From Candidatus Omnitrophota bacterium (GTDB lineage: Bacteria > Omnitrophota > Gorgyraeia > Duberdicusellales > 4484-171), in NCBI GenBank assembly GCA_016935525.1, contig JAFGQU010000023.1, positions 897 to 64,896 of the forward strand: 64,000 nucleotides of DNA, given 5' to 3'. A program made the translations under genes and the position numbers. Positions within the stretch are counted from its first letter, which is position 1; each line of letters starts with the position of its first letter. The notes below the pieces were generated by a model that did not search any database, had not been told where the DNA came from, and worked only from the letters and a program-made list of their open reading frames with translations. This document shows, piece after piece, positions 38,169 to 47,551 of this stretch.

Positions 38169-38993
38169 TCATCTTTTTTGAGAAAGCCGCGCCAGGTAGG
38201 TAACCAGAGCCTTTTTATATCTCGCCGGGTCCTGTAAAAAACCCAGATCATGCCCTCCGCTTATCTCGACAAACTCTTTAGGTCCCCGGACCGCGTCATA
38301 GAGTTTTCTGCCGAACGCAAACGGTACGGCTTCGTCTTCGCGGCTGTGAAGAAACAAGACCGGCATATCTATTTTTTTGATCTTGGCAAGTGAATCGAAC
38401 ATATCCGCGAACAGGACCTTAGGGATAAACGGATACATCACTTGCGCCATATCCCGGCCTGAGGAGAACGAGCTTTCGACGATAAGGCCGGCCGCGTCCA
38501 CTTTTTGAGCCAGATCAACGGCGACCGCGCCGCCCAGAGATGTCCCGTGAATAACGATTCTTTTTTCGGGAATATTCAATGCGCCCGTTACATAACGATA
38601 CGCATATTCTGCGTCCTGATAGACTCCTCCCTCGGTAGGAACACCCTGGCTCCTCCCGTATCCGCGATAATCAAACAGAAATACGTTGACGCCCGCCTCA
38701 TGTAAAATTTTTATCTTATCCAGCCGATGCGAGATATTACCGGCATTTCCATGACAAAGGAAAAAAGTATACTCAGCGCCCGGACACCGGATAAACCATC
38801 CCTGTAAAAGGAGGCCGTTTTCACTCGTGAAGGTATGTTCACGGTAAGGAAGGTCGAATGCTGCGGGAGTACCGGTGATTTCCCGGTCGGGGAAGAAAAC
38901 ACTATGATGTTCGAGATGCTTTATATAGACGACCAAAAGTATCGCCAAAAGCAACCCATACCCTAAGATCCTTATGATCACGGAATATACCAT
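38169..38993 (-). CDS. alpha/beta hydrolase with N-terminal TM anchor
   Basis: HGNAGN..GTSLGG nucleophile elbow. Confidence 0.75.
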   Translation of the reverse strand: MVYSVIIRILGYGLLLAILLVVYIKHLEHHSVFFPDREITGTPAAFDLPYREHTFTSENGLLLQGWFIRCPGAEYTFFLCHGNAGNISHRLDKIKILHEAGVNVFLFDYRGYGRSQGVPTEGGVYQDAEYAYRYVTGALNIPEKRIVIHGTSLGGAVAVDLAQKVDAAGLIVESSFSSGRDMAQVMYPFIPKVLFADMFDSLAKIKKIDMPVLFLHSREDEAVPFAFGRKLYDAVRGPKEFVEISGGHDLGFLQDPARYKKALVTYLARLSQKR

Positions 38994-38999
38994 TATTGG

Positions 39000-39240
39000 A
39001 GAAATGTTTTACGACAGGTTGAAATAACCAATAACCAATAATCAAACAAAGGACCCTGTCTCCGTTTCCCCTAGGAATCGTCTTTCCCTTAGGCAGGCGA
39101 TCCCAGGGACTTGAGCCCCGGGAATTCTCCGAATTCCATGGGGGGGTATTGAGATTTGGTGATTGGTCATTATTTGGTTATTGTATCTTGGGATTTGGTG
39201 ATTTATTCAATAAACGTTGCAGAAAACCGTTCAACAATAA
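39000..39240. repeat. GGTGATTGG / AATAACCAATAA word repeats plus hairpin GGAATTCTCCGAATTCC
   Basis: 18-mer GGAATTCTCCGAATTCCA identical to the one near 25590. Confidence 0.6.
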
Positions 39241-39278
39241 GAGCTTCGTCACCGTTTCCGATTCACATAGAATAGCGA

Positions 39279-40418
39279 TCATTCAAAGTCGGCATATATC
39301 TGCCCGATATCGATACCAGAGATGACCTGTGATTTATATTTCTCCGCAAGCGAGTATTTCGAATGGAGAAATATTTCGTTTTCTATCCCGTTTTTAAGCG
39401 CCAAATACACTTCGATAAAAGCCGAAAGGTCATCGACGGCTTTGACCAACTTCCCGTCACGTTCGACGCCGCCGCCGGGAGTGACTTTATCGCTGTATTC
39501 GTTTTCGGTAAACGATCTCATCTGCGCGTGCCATCCGTTCGGTAACAGTTTGTATATTTTCGTTTCCATCTCTTCTTTCTCGTAGTCTTTGATCAGTTCG
39601 TCGATCCCTTCGACCGATTTTTTTACCGGATTGATGATATCCCGGGTCAATACTTCCGGCAGGTCATGGAACAGGCCGGTAAAATAGTTATTGATCGCCC
39701 GGGAACATGCCGCCTGTTTCTGTAAGGAGAAAAGGTAGGAGACGATAGCAATGATCAGCATATGCCCCAATACCGACGTCTTCGGCACCCTCCAGACATG
39801 CCCCCAGCGCAACTGAAACCTCAGTTGCCCGCAGACGTCCACGAATTCACCAAGCGCGTCGTCTTTCAGCAACCGCTGCATACTGGAAAGGTCGCCATAT
39901 TTTTCCTGTTTGGCAAGCAGGTCGTTTTTTATCTCTTCAATCGCATACCCTTGAGGGTTTGCCCGTTCAATGATATTAAATTCCCACTTAGTGGCGTAAA
40001 AATGAGCGGCACTGATGATCCGGCGGTTCACATTCCGTTCGGTATCTAACAGGTACGATTTGAATCTCAGACAGAATCCCTCCCCCAATGGCGAGATGAC
40101 CGGGTATAACTTTTTGTATACCCACTCATTCAGGTCTTCGTACTTTTTCCGGTTTTCCTTTATACGGTGAAAGAGCGGCGGTTTAATATCGGTCAAAACC
40201 GTACGTTGAAGGAATTCGAATATCCCGCCTTCGACGATCTGGACCCAATCGAGCTTTTCGTTACCGGCGTCTTCTTCGCACCGGCCCAGCACATAGGCAA
40301 TGATCATCTTATGCGCCTGTTTATCAAGTTCGGTCAATTCGACCGGCCGGATCTGGTCATTCCACCGTTGCATACTTGCCGCGTCGAATATTTTTAAAAG
40401 GAGCGCTTTTCTTACCAT
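39279..40418 (-). CDS. HD-domain phosphohydrolase (YfbR-like 5'-deoxynucleotidase C-terminal half with about 170 aa N-terminal extension)
   Basis: H..HDLPE and downstream D motifs. Confidence 0.6.
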   Translation of the reverse strand: MVRKALLLKIFDAASMQRWNDQIRPVELTELDKQAHKMIIAYVLGRCEEDAGNEKLDWVQIVEGGIFEFLQRTVLTDIKPPLFHRIKENRKKYEDLNEWVYKKLYPVISPLGEGFCLRFKSYLLDTERNVNRRIISAAHFYATKWEFNIIERANPQGYAIEEIKNDLLAKQEKYGDLSSMQRLLKDDALGEFVDVCGQLRFQLRWGHVWRVPKTSVLGHMLIIAIVSYLFSLQKQAACSRAINNYFTGLFHDLPEVLTRDIINPVKKSVEGIDELIKDYEKEEMETKIYKLLPNGWHAQMRSFTENEYSDKVTPGGGVERDGKLVKAVDDLSAFIEVYLALKNGIENEIFLHSKYSLAEKYKSQVISGIDIGQIYADFE

Positions 40419-40445
40419 TACCTCAGCATTTTTTTATGGATATTT

Positions 40446-40793
40446 TTATTTTTTGTTCTCAGACAGCACATCAAGAAGATAAGATATGATCTGGCTGCGA
40501 TGTTCCGATGCGACTCTGATAAATTTTACGCCGACAAGGAACCGGAAATCTTTTTCCCGGCGCCAGCGGCACCATACCACTCGCCCGACGACCACGACCG
40601 GTTTTTTGAATTCGGAAAGAGCTATCTTAAGTTCAAGGATCGTCCCGGGCTCAAGCTTTTGGAATGCCGGCAGACGCACCCCGCCCTCACTGATATCGTG
40701 GGTAAGCGAGGCGGTCTTAAGTGCTCCTTTAAGTATACGGTATTTCAGCTTTACCGTATCCCCTACTCTGACATAACGTCTTCTTTCGGCCAT
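40446..40793 (-). CDS. PilZ domain protein (c-di-GMP receptor)
   Basis: RRRYVR and DISEGG motifs. Confidence 0.7.
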   Translation of the reverse strand: MAERRRYVRVGDTVKLKYRILKGALKTASLTHDISEGGVRLPAFQKLEPGTILELKIALSEFKKPVVVVGRVVWCRWRREKDFRFLVGVKFIRVASEHRSQIISYLLDVLSENKK

Positions 40794-40830
40794 AGAATAC
40801 TATCCCGCAAGTACCTGAAGAATCGATCGG

Positions 40831-41286
40831 CTATTCCACGACGATCGCCGCGATATCTTCACGTATCGGTTTTAATGCGATCTTTAAGCGCCCGTTATCC
40901 GTCCGGATGACGAAAAATTTGATCTCGGAAAGCCAGCGATACACGGTGGCAACCCCCCGGTCAGTCAAAGGGATCTCCCCGAAATCGTCGGGATTTATGA
41001 ATTGGGGACACTTTTCTCTATCGATCTCGGCCATATAGACCCGTCCTTCGTTGGTCTTAAAATAATACCGGTCACCGGCGGCATCAAGCCTTATCGCGCG
41101 GTTGCTGTTATTGGTAAGCGAGAGACGAAAATAATATTCCGAATAACCTGCCCCCCGGTCGCCGTAGCCGTAGCTTAAGAAAGCTTTCACCTGGCCTTTC
41201 GTCCCCATCATGATCAATTCTTCTCTTGAATACGCACACGGCACAGCGAATAAAAGACAAAAAATGAAAACAAATATTTTTTTCAT
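40831..41286 (-). CDS. secreted hypothetical protein
   Basis: Signal peptide MKKIFVFIFCLLFAVPCAYS. Confidence 0.5.
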   Translation of the reverse strand: MKKIFVFIFCLLFAVPCAYSREELIMMGTKGQVKAFLSYGYGDRGAGYSEYYFRLSLTNNSNRAIRLDAAGDRYYFKTNEGRVYMAEIDREKCPQFINPDDFGEIPLTDRGVATVYRWLSEIKFFVIRTDNGRLKIALKPIREDIAAIVVE

Positions 41287-41394
41287 ACGGTCCTCTCCTC
41301 CGGTTTTTCATAATTTTTTATACCGCACCACAATGATACACCGGGTCATATATTTCGTCAACAGAAAGTGACACAGACACCTGCAGGCCAGACA

Positions 41395-41625
41395 GTCACA
41401 CGACACATCCCGCACCGACATTTACGTATCTAGCGGGACCCCGCTGTATAAAAATATTACGGAGCGGGGCGTCACATAGTCACACGTCTAAGATACATAA
41501 TCAATACAAAATGAGCATTTAGCAATTAGCAATTTAAAATCAGAGATTCCTCTTGTTTTTATCATTGTGAACTGCTAATTGTTAATTGAACATTGCTAAT
41601 TTCCTATTCCCCTAATCGCTATCTG
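41395..41625. repeat. composite dispersed repeat, copy 3 (GTCACACGACAC + hairpin insert CCCCGCT..AGCGGGG + GTCACATAGTCACACGT + ATCAATACAAAATGAGCATTTAGCAATTAGCA + TGCTAATTGTTAATTGAACATTGCTAATTTCCTATTCCCCTAATCGCTATC)
   Basis: Direct comparison with copy 2. Confidence 0.7.
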
Positions 41626-41673
41626 CGATCATCAGGTTACCATCTGTGATCATCTGTGTAAGCCCAAAGGGAT

Positions 41674-41687
41674 CGGAAACGTTTACA
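41674..41687. promoter_or_regulatory. palindromic site cGGAAACGTTTACa
   Basis: One of three G(G/T)AAACGTTT(A/C)C sites in the window. Confidence 0.4.
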
Positions 41688-41782
41688 TAAAAATCCGGCG
41701 ATGGCCTTGAAAGGTTATCCCGCGATAGGTTATAAATGAATTGAAATAGGTACCTGCAGCCACAGAAGAGGTCCTAAAATAA

Positions 41783-41820
41783 AAGGAGGGAAATAAAAAA
41801 TCCCTCCTTTATTTTTTTAT
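41783..41820. terminator. bidirectional intrinsic terminator AAGGAGGGA-AATAAAAAA-TCCCTCCTT + TATTTTTTTAT
   Basis: Perfect 9 bp stem flanked by A-run and T-run. Confidence 0.7.
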
Positions 41821-41960
41821 CTTTTTCCGGAAGGTTCGCGGGGATATTCTCATAACCCAGGATGGCAAGGGGAGAAGGTCACGCTACATCACTATAGCGT
41901 ATCGGGCGGGGTCGCATTGCAAGAAGAACAATCGGGGCATCAGTTAAAAAATAAATATTT

Positions 41961-42188
41961 TTACGCGAGTCCGGTAATTGTTCTTTTTCTTATTTTACCA
42001 TGGATGATTCTTGCCGTCTCCGGACTGATATCTTCCCAGAAACCGGAAACCGTACGTCGTTTCACGCGTCCGTCATGATGGATAAAGAACGCGTATTCAT
42101 AGAAACTGTTTACGTACTTGGCATAGACAAGTAACCCTCCACGGATAGGGCGTACTTCACTGACTTTTAGATTATCCAAGGTATACAT
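41961..42188 (-). CDS. small hypothetical protein (75 aa)
   Basis: ORF only. Confidence 0.35.
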   Translation of the reverse strand: MYTLDNLKVSEVRPIRGGLLVYAKYVNSFYEYAFFIHHDGRVKRRTVSGFWEDISPETARIIHGKIRKRTITGLA

Positions 42189-42285
42189 TCATCCCCCCTC
42201 TCGACCTTAGGTTCTCTTTAGAACGAAAACGATAATTTTACACACCTGCGTCTCAAAGAACGTATCGATTCGATAAGCCTTCGGC

Positions 42286-42561
42286 TTATTTCACCCGCCG
42301 GTCTTTCAGGCGGTAGACCAATAACCCCGCGATAAGGATAAGCGGGATGATATATATTAAAAAATGAAAGACAAAAGTAGTCACTACCTGAAATATCGAA
42401 AGGCTCAACAACGCGTCTATTCCCGAAAGAAACGTATCCGGCTCTTTTAATCCCCAGAACCGCCAGCTTCCGAAAAGGTCATACCGTATCGCGTACCATA
42501 CCCATACGATACAGATGGCGACCAAAGTACCCCATATTACTTTACTCTGTTTCCTGTTCAT
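42286..42561 (-). CDS. small membrane protein, hypothetical
   Basis: Start chosen at the ATG preceded by AGAGGATGAAGTC to avoid overlapping the GGDEF gene; 3 TM segments. Confidence 0.4.
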   Translation of the reverse strand: MNRKQSKVIWGTLVAICIVWVWYAIRYDLFGSWRFWGLKEPDTFLSGIDALLSLSIFQVVTTFVFHFLIYIIPLILIAGLLVYRLKDRRVK

Positions 42562-42649
42562 GACTTCATCCTCTAATACTATCATTCTATTAGCTTTTGA
42601 ATTAAAAAGAAAGCATAATCTTGTAAACCCGGTATTTTCTCCTCTATAC

Positions 42650-45082
42650 TCATCCATGGAGCACATTTTCTTCTTTAGCGATGACCTGTAAAAACCGATC
42701 GACGATCTCAGGATCAAACTGCGTACCGGCTCCTTCTCTGATTATATTCAAAGCGTCTTGGTGAGAAAACGCCTTCCGGTAAGCGCGGTCGGAAATAAGC
42801 GCATGGTACACATCGGCGACGGCGATTATCCGCGCCCCGACAGGGATATCTTCTCCGCTCAATCCATGAGGATACCCGGTCCCGTCCCACCATTCATGAT
42901 GATGAAGGATAGACGGTATGAGATCATGCAAATACTGTATCGGACGGATGATATCGACCGCTATATTGGGATGTTTTTTTATCTCATCGTATTCTTTCCT
43001 GGTGAGCGCGGATTTTTTAAGAAGGATCTTCTCGCTGATACCGATCTTACCCAGATCGTGAAGGATCGCCGCCTGTTTTATACATTCGACTTCCTCTTTA
43101 GGCAGATTCAAGCTATGGGCGATCTCGGCGACATAATGTTCGGTATTTTCGGTATGCGTGCCGGTATAGTGGTCTTTCACTTTAATGGTCTTGGCAAAAG
43201 CGAATACCGCCTCGATCAGGCTCTGGTTCGCCCGTTTATTCAGCCGGTTGATCTTTTCCTGCAAAAAGGAGATATCGTTAAACGCGTTCACCTGGCCAGA
43301 TAAGTTCAACCGGCGGTCTGTATATAAGTCTCCGGAAGTATAGATACGATTGCCGCCGTCTTCTTTTACTTTATTCAGGATACGGTCGACTGATTTAAAC
43401 AGATCCATCGGTTCAAACGCCCCGTCTTCGGGATACGATACGATGGCGCTGCTCAGTTTTAATTTCACTTTGATTTTATGGTTCCCGAAATCATATAAAT
43501 GGATATGATCGAATATCCTTTGTACAAGCTTTAGCGCGGTCACCCGGTCGGTCCCCGGCGAAATAATGATGAATTCTTCGCCGCCGAAACGCACCGCGCT
43601 GTCGTAGCGGCGGACTTTCTTTTTTAATACCCGGGCAAACTGCCTGAGCACCAGATCGCCGAATTGATGGCCGTAGACATCGTTGATAGATTTGAAATAA
43701 TCCAGGTCTATCATGATGATCGAAAGCGGATGATGCGATCTTTTCGCGCGATAGAATTCCCGAATGAGCACTTCTTCGAAATAACGATGATTATACAATC
43801 TGGTCTGAGAATCGATGAGCGATAACCGGTGAAGTCGCTTATTCGACTTGACGAGTTGACGGTTCAATAATTCCCGTTCCTCCTCGATCCGTTTACGCTG
43901 GCTGATATTACGCACGTATTCGACGACTCCCCGAGACCGGCCTTGATTATCTACAATCGGGAACGCATACAGTTCAAGCGTCCCGGTTATCCCGTCAGGC
44001 TGGGTGAGCGGGACTTCATACATCTCCAGTTTATTCGTACGCAACGCTTTCAGTGTAGGGCAACGGGAACAGGCTTTTTTTCGACCGTGATACGCTTCAT
44101 AACATTTCTTACCTTCTAAAGGCAAGGCATGAGCGTACCATCGTTTCATCGCTTCGTTCACCCGTACGATATTGAGCCCGGTATCAAGCACACTGATGCC
44201 GTCCTGGATACTGTCAAATACGGTACTCAAAAATTTATCGCGCTCGCGCAGGGTTTCCTGGGCCTTTTTACGCTGGCTGATATCACGGACAACGGCAAGG
44301 ATCCGTTTTTCATCGCCGCCGGTCACATATTTCAAGTTCACTTCCACCCAGAATTCTTTTCCCCAACGGTCTTTCGCCAGCCACTCGAATACCTGCGGGC
44401 CTTCCTTTATCGCCCGGCGTAACCACAGCTCTACTTCTTTCTGGGTATAGGGAGGCTTGTTGGCGCTGATATCGGCGACACTGAGCGTTACCGCCTCTTC
44501 ACGGGTAAATCCGTACAGCTCGATCATGCGGTCGTTGACATCGATTATCTTCCCGGTTTTGGGGTCATGGACAAAAATAGCGTCACTGGCCGAATTAAAT
44601 ATATTGTGGTAATTTTTTGCGGCAATCATAACCTTCTCTTCGGCAGCTTTGCGTTCGGTCACATCGCGGATGACCGCAAGGATAAAAGCCGATTTACCGG
44701 ATTTATCGGTGATTGCCGATGCGCTGATCTCCCCGATAAAAGTGCTTCCGTCTTTTCTTACCAGCTGATAAGGAAGGTCGCGGGTCTGGCCGTCGCGGAA
44801 TGTCCTCTGGATATTTTTGATCGCGCGGATCCTCTCTTTAGGAGCAAAAAACTGTAGACCGTGACGGCCGGTTACTTCTTCAAGTTTTTCGTATCCGTAT
44901 AATTTGAGAGCCTGGGAATTAGCCATCCGGACCTTGAGGTGGGCATCGGTAAGGACGATCGCATCCGGAGAGATCTTCACCAGAGCGCTGTAAAGGTCCA
45001 ATCCGTTATGCGGGATTTTCTGGGGATCATCACTATAACGGGAACTCTCATCCTTGAATCTAAATAACCGTTTAAATACCAT
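42650..45082 (-). CDS. PAS/PAS/PAS-GGDEF-HD-GYP bifunctional c-di-GMP cyclase/phosphodiesterase
   Basis: RFGGEEFII (GGDEF), HD..HHEWWDGTGYP (HD-GYP), multiple PAS/PAC. Confidence 0.85.
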   Translation of the reverse strand: MVFKRLFRFKDESSRYSDDPQKIPHNGLDLYSALVKISPDAIVLTDAHLKVRMANSQALKLYGYEKLEEVTGRHGLQFFAPKERIRAIKNIQRTFRDGQTRDLPYQLVRKDGSTFIGEISASAITDKSGKSAFILAVIRDVTERKAAEEKVMIAAKNYHNIFNSASDAIFVHDPKTGKIIDVNDRMIELYGFTREEAVTLSVADISANKPPYTQKEVELWLRRAIKEGPQVFEWLAKDRWGKEFWVEVNLKYVTGGDEKRILAVVRDISQRKKAQETLRERDKFLSTVFDSIQDGISVLDTGLNIVRVNEAMKRWYAHALPLEGKKCYEAYHGRKKACSRCPTLKALRTNKLEMYEVPLTQPDGITGTLELYAFPIVDNQGRSRGVVEYVRNISQRKRIEEERELLNRQLVKSNKRLHRLSLIDSQTRLYNHRYFEEVLIREFYRAKRSHHPLSIIMIDLDYFKSINDVYGHQFGDLVLRQFARVLKKKVRRYDSAVRFGGEEFIIISPGTDRVTALKLVQRIFDHIHLYDFGNHKIKVKLKLSSAIVSYPEDGAFEPMDLFKSVDRILNKVKEDGGNRIYTSGDLYTDRRLNLSGQVNAFNDISFLQEKINRLNKRANQSLIEAVFAFAKTIKVKDHYTGTHTENTEHYVAEIAHSLNLPKEEVECIKQAAILHDLGKIGISEKILLKKSALTRKEYDEIKKHPNIAVDIIRPIQYLHDLIPSILHHHEWWDGTGYPHGLSGEDIPVGARIIAVADVYHALISDRAYRKAFSHQDALNIIREGAGTQFDPEIVDRFLQVIAKEENVLHG

Positions 45083-45108
45083 CTCCTCCTACCAGCCTTA
45101 AAAATATA

Positions 45109-45146
45109 AAGAGGTAGCCACCTCTTACCGTGGCTACCTCTTTTTA
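45109..45146 (-). terminator. strong hairpin AAGAGGTAGCCAC-CTCTTACC-GTGGCTACCTCTT + T-run inside the 5' leader of the GGDEF-HD-GYP gene
   Basis: 13 bp perfect stem; T-rich on both flanks; only about 25 nt from the gene RBS. Confidence 0.6.
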
Positions 45147-45267
45147 TCAACACTGTGGGGGATTTTCCCTCGATTTACCCCCTTTTTTAATGTAACATAT
45201 CCAGCCGGCACACGTCAAGGGCATGGCCATAAATTACTGGAATACAGTAGGTTATGAACAGAAAATT

Positions 45268-45283
45268 CTGGAAACGTTTCCAG
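45268..45283. promoter_or_regulatory. 16 bp perfect palindrome CTGGAAACGTTTCCAG
   Basis: Read directly. Confidence 0.45.
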
Positions 45284-45318
45284 GACTACCCATAAATCCC
45301 CGGTGAGAACACGCCCCA

Positions 45319-45651
45319 CTATCCGGCCGACTTTAATACTCTCAGTAATATACGTTGGTCGGCGGGAGATATCTTAATAAATTCTACTCCAACCATAAAG
45401 GGATGTTGTTCATTGGTGACCGGATAAGACCAGAGCACCTTGCCTGACGCGTCGATTGTAGCGTCCGAATCGAGGATATGGATCTGCATCTCGATGATCA
45501 CTCCGTCGGCTAAACGCTGCGGAATAGAGAAACTGATCCCTCCCTGACTGACGTTCTTACTTTTAGTCTCAGTACGCAGGAACCCTTTCTGGACTCTATA
45601 GGATATCCGTACGTTCTTATTGATCCTTACAAATCTGCGTCTTTCTTCCAT
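45319..45651 (-). CDS. PilZ domain protein (paralog of 40446-40793)
   Basis: RRRFVR and NVSQGG motifs. Confidence 0.7.
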   Translation of the reverse strand: MEERRRFVRINKNVRISYRVQKGFLRTETKSKNVSQGGISFSIPQRLADGVIIEMQIHILDSDATIDASGKVLWSYPVTNEQHPFMVGVEFIKISPADQRILLRVLKSAG

Positions 45652-45674
45652 ATTCTTTTAATTAAAGGGCACCT

Positions 45675-46256
45675 TCAGCCTTTAAGATTATCGGCATTTT
45701 CCTTGAGCATATTACAAAAAAGCCATCCCTGTTCGATCGCATCGTTTAAAGCGATATGACTTTTTGCTGATTCGTCAAACCAGTGTTTCGGCATACTGCT
45801 TTTGGTGATCGAGAGAAAAGGTTTTTTTAAAATAGCCATAGCATAGGTCTTGATATCCAGAGCGACAAAAGAAAACGGGTTTTCTCCGGTAAACTTGATC
45901 AGGTACCAGTTAATAAACATAAAGTCAAAAGATGCCGGGTATCCGACAAATACGGGTTTGGCGGGAAGATCTTTTAACCAGCGAAGATATTTTTTCATCG
46001 CGTCTTGAGGGGTTTCGGGATCACGGCGGGATTCTTCCCACGCGGTTTTCTGAGTTTCCCACCATTTCATCGTTTCGGGATCTTGCCGGGCGCCGGGTAA
46101 CGGCTGCAAGTTAACGGTAAACGTGGCGATTTTCTCTTTTTGAGCGGTAAATGCGGCCGAACCGAAACTGAGCATAGAGAATTCACCCGGTATCGGCCCG
46201 TCAGTCTCTATATCCGTACTTACATACACTTCTTTTTGCGGATTATTTTTTTGCAT
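45675..46256 (-). CDS. DEDDh 3'-5' exonuclease (DnaQ superfamily; Rv2179c-like)
   Basis: DIETDG, FDFMF and HIALNDA motifs. Confidence 0.65.
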   Translation of the reverse strand: MQKNNPQKEVYVSTDIETDGPIPGEFSMLSFGSAAFTAQKEKIATFTVNLQPLPGARQDPETMKWWETQKTAWEESRRDPETPQDAMKKYLRWLKDLPAKPVFVGYPASFDFMFINWYLIKFTGENPFSFVALDIKTYAMAILKKPFLSITKSSMPKHWFDESAKSHIALNDAIEQGWLFCNMLKENADNLKG

Positions 46257-46277
46257 AGATAAAAAAGGAAAGGACTA

Positions 46278-46757
46278 TTACCAGTAAAGCTGTTGAAACT
46301 GCCGGGAATAACGGTTCACCCATTCAAAAGAAGCTTCTTCTATAGTTATGTCGTCACCGGACTGGATACTGCGCAGATCACGGTATTCACTGATCAAATA
46401 CATCTGCTCGATAAGGCGTACCCGGAACGCTTCCGAAGAAGTCTCAAAACTGACTCCGATATTATACAAGCCGCCCTTTTCACTCTCCGAACAATGGACC
46501 ACTTTGCCTTTGACATTATATACTTTATCCTCAAACGGCATTTTGATCATGATCAGAGAATCTATCTCTGCCGGATGTTTCGCAGAAAAGAGTAACCCGC
46601 CCCGGGAGATATTGCGGGTATGGACATTCCCCTGATGCAGGGCCTGAGAGGCGCCCCGTTTGATCACCCGGTAACTTAACGGGAAACACATCGGGTGACG
46701 GATAAACTGGCGGCGTTCACTGGTCTTTTTATGTTGTTTCATAGTATCCGGTTCCAT
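46278..46757 (-). CDS. PilZ-like protein with conserved C-terminal extension
   Basis: RRQFIR, NISRGGLLF; C-terminus RLIEQMYLISEY..QQLYW shared with 47552-48025. Confidence 0.65.
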   Translation of the reverse strand: MEPDTMKQHKKTSERRQFIRHPMCFPLSYRVIKRGASQALHQGNVHTRNISRGGLLFSAKHPAEIDSLIMIKMPFEDKVYNVKGKVVHCSESEKGGLYNIGVSFETSSEAFRVRLIEQMYLISEYRDLRSIQSGDDITIEEASFEWVNRYSRQFQQLYW

Positions 46758-46823
46758 ATTTTTATATTCAATAATACTATCTCCTCCTCACTTGGTCAAG
46801 GGCCAAATTCACAAAGAAGATAT

Positions 46824-47360
46824 TTATTTTTTCTCATAGGTCCCGATAAGTTCGGTATAATCCAACACCGAATCTTCCATAGCTCTTAAAAGGTCCTCTT
46901 TACCGGCACCGACGGTAAGATCAAGTCTCTTATCGAGCGCATACAATTTGAAAAAATAACGGTGGCTTCCCGAAGGAGGACAAGGCCCGCCGTAACTGGT
47001 CCGTTTAAAATCGTTTATCCCTTGAATCCCCGGCACACTGTCCTCGGAGATCTTCTTAGTATCCGGCGGGATATTAAATACGACCCAATGGACCCAGGTC
47101 CCCATCGGGGCATCGGGATCATCGACGATCAAAACTAACGCTTTGGTCCGGGGCGGGATGTGTTCTATTTTAAGCGCGGGATTTATATCCTTCCCCTGAC
47201 AGGTAAACTTTCGCGGGATGACTTCGTTATGATTAAATTCAAGAGCGTGAAGCGTCATCGTCTCAGCCGGCTTTCTCGCATAAGAATATGACGAGAGCGA
47301 TAACACACACAGGGCCCCTACTATAATACGTATTTCTCTCTTGCCTAAAAAAGCGCCCAT
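46824..47360 (-). CDS. YbhB/YbcL family PEBP (Raf kinase inhibitor-like) protein, secreted
   Basis: DPDAP and GPCPPSGSHRYFFKLYALD signatures. Confidence 0.8.
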   Translation of the reverse strand: MGAFLGKREIRIIVGALCVLSLSSYSYARKPAETMTLHALEFNHNEVIPRKFTCQGKDINPALKIEHIPPRTKALVLIVDDPDAPMGTWVHWVVFNIPPDTKKISEDSVPGIQGINDFKRTSYGGPCPPSGSHRYFFKLYALDKRLDLTVGAGKEDLLRAMEDSVLDYTELIGTYEKK

Positions 47361-47374
47361 CTTTTCTCCTTATC

Positions 47375-47515
47375 CTAATGCGTATGGTTTTCTAAAAGTT
47401 CCTGGATATCTTTCAACTCATGGTGTAATTCATCGAATTCCCGTCGTATCGAGAAATCACTACTGAATTGATTGATCAGGATCCCGATTAGAATAATCAA
47501 AATGATCCACGACAT
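47375..47515 (-). CDS. unannotated small membrane-anchored protein (46 aa: MSWIILIILIGILINQFSSDFSIRREFDELHHELKDIQELLENHTH)
   Basis: ATG preceded by AAAAGGGGGTAAT RBS; below the 60 aa track cutoff. Confidence 0.35.
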   Translation of the reverse strand: MSWIILIILIGILINQFSSDFSIRREFDELHHELKDIQELLENHTH

Positions 47516-47551
47516 ATTACCCCCTTTTTGCGGCCCTTATTCCGAATCAGA

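Noticed and set aside
45109-45146. Hairpin treated purely as the terminator of PilZ 45319
   Set aside because: Not fully rejected. It lies 170 nt beyond that stop, with an operator-like palindrome and promoter-like boxes in between, so I favour a leader-attenuator role; it is reported as a finding, not as a simple terminator.
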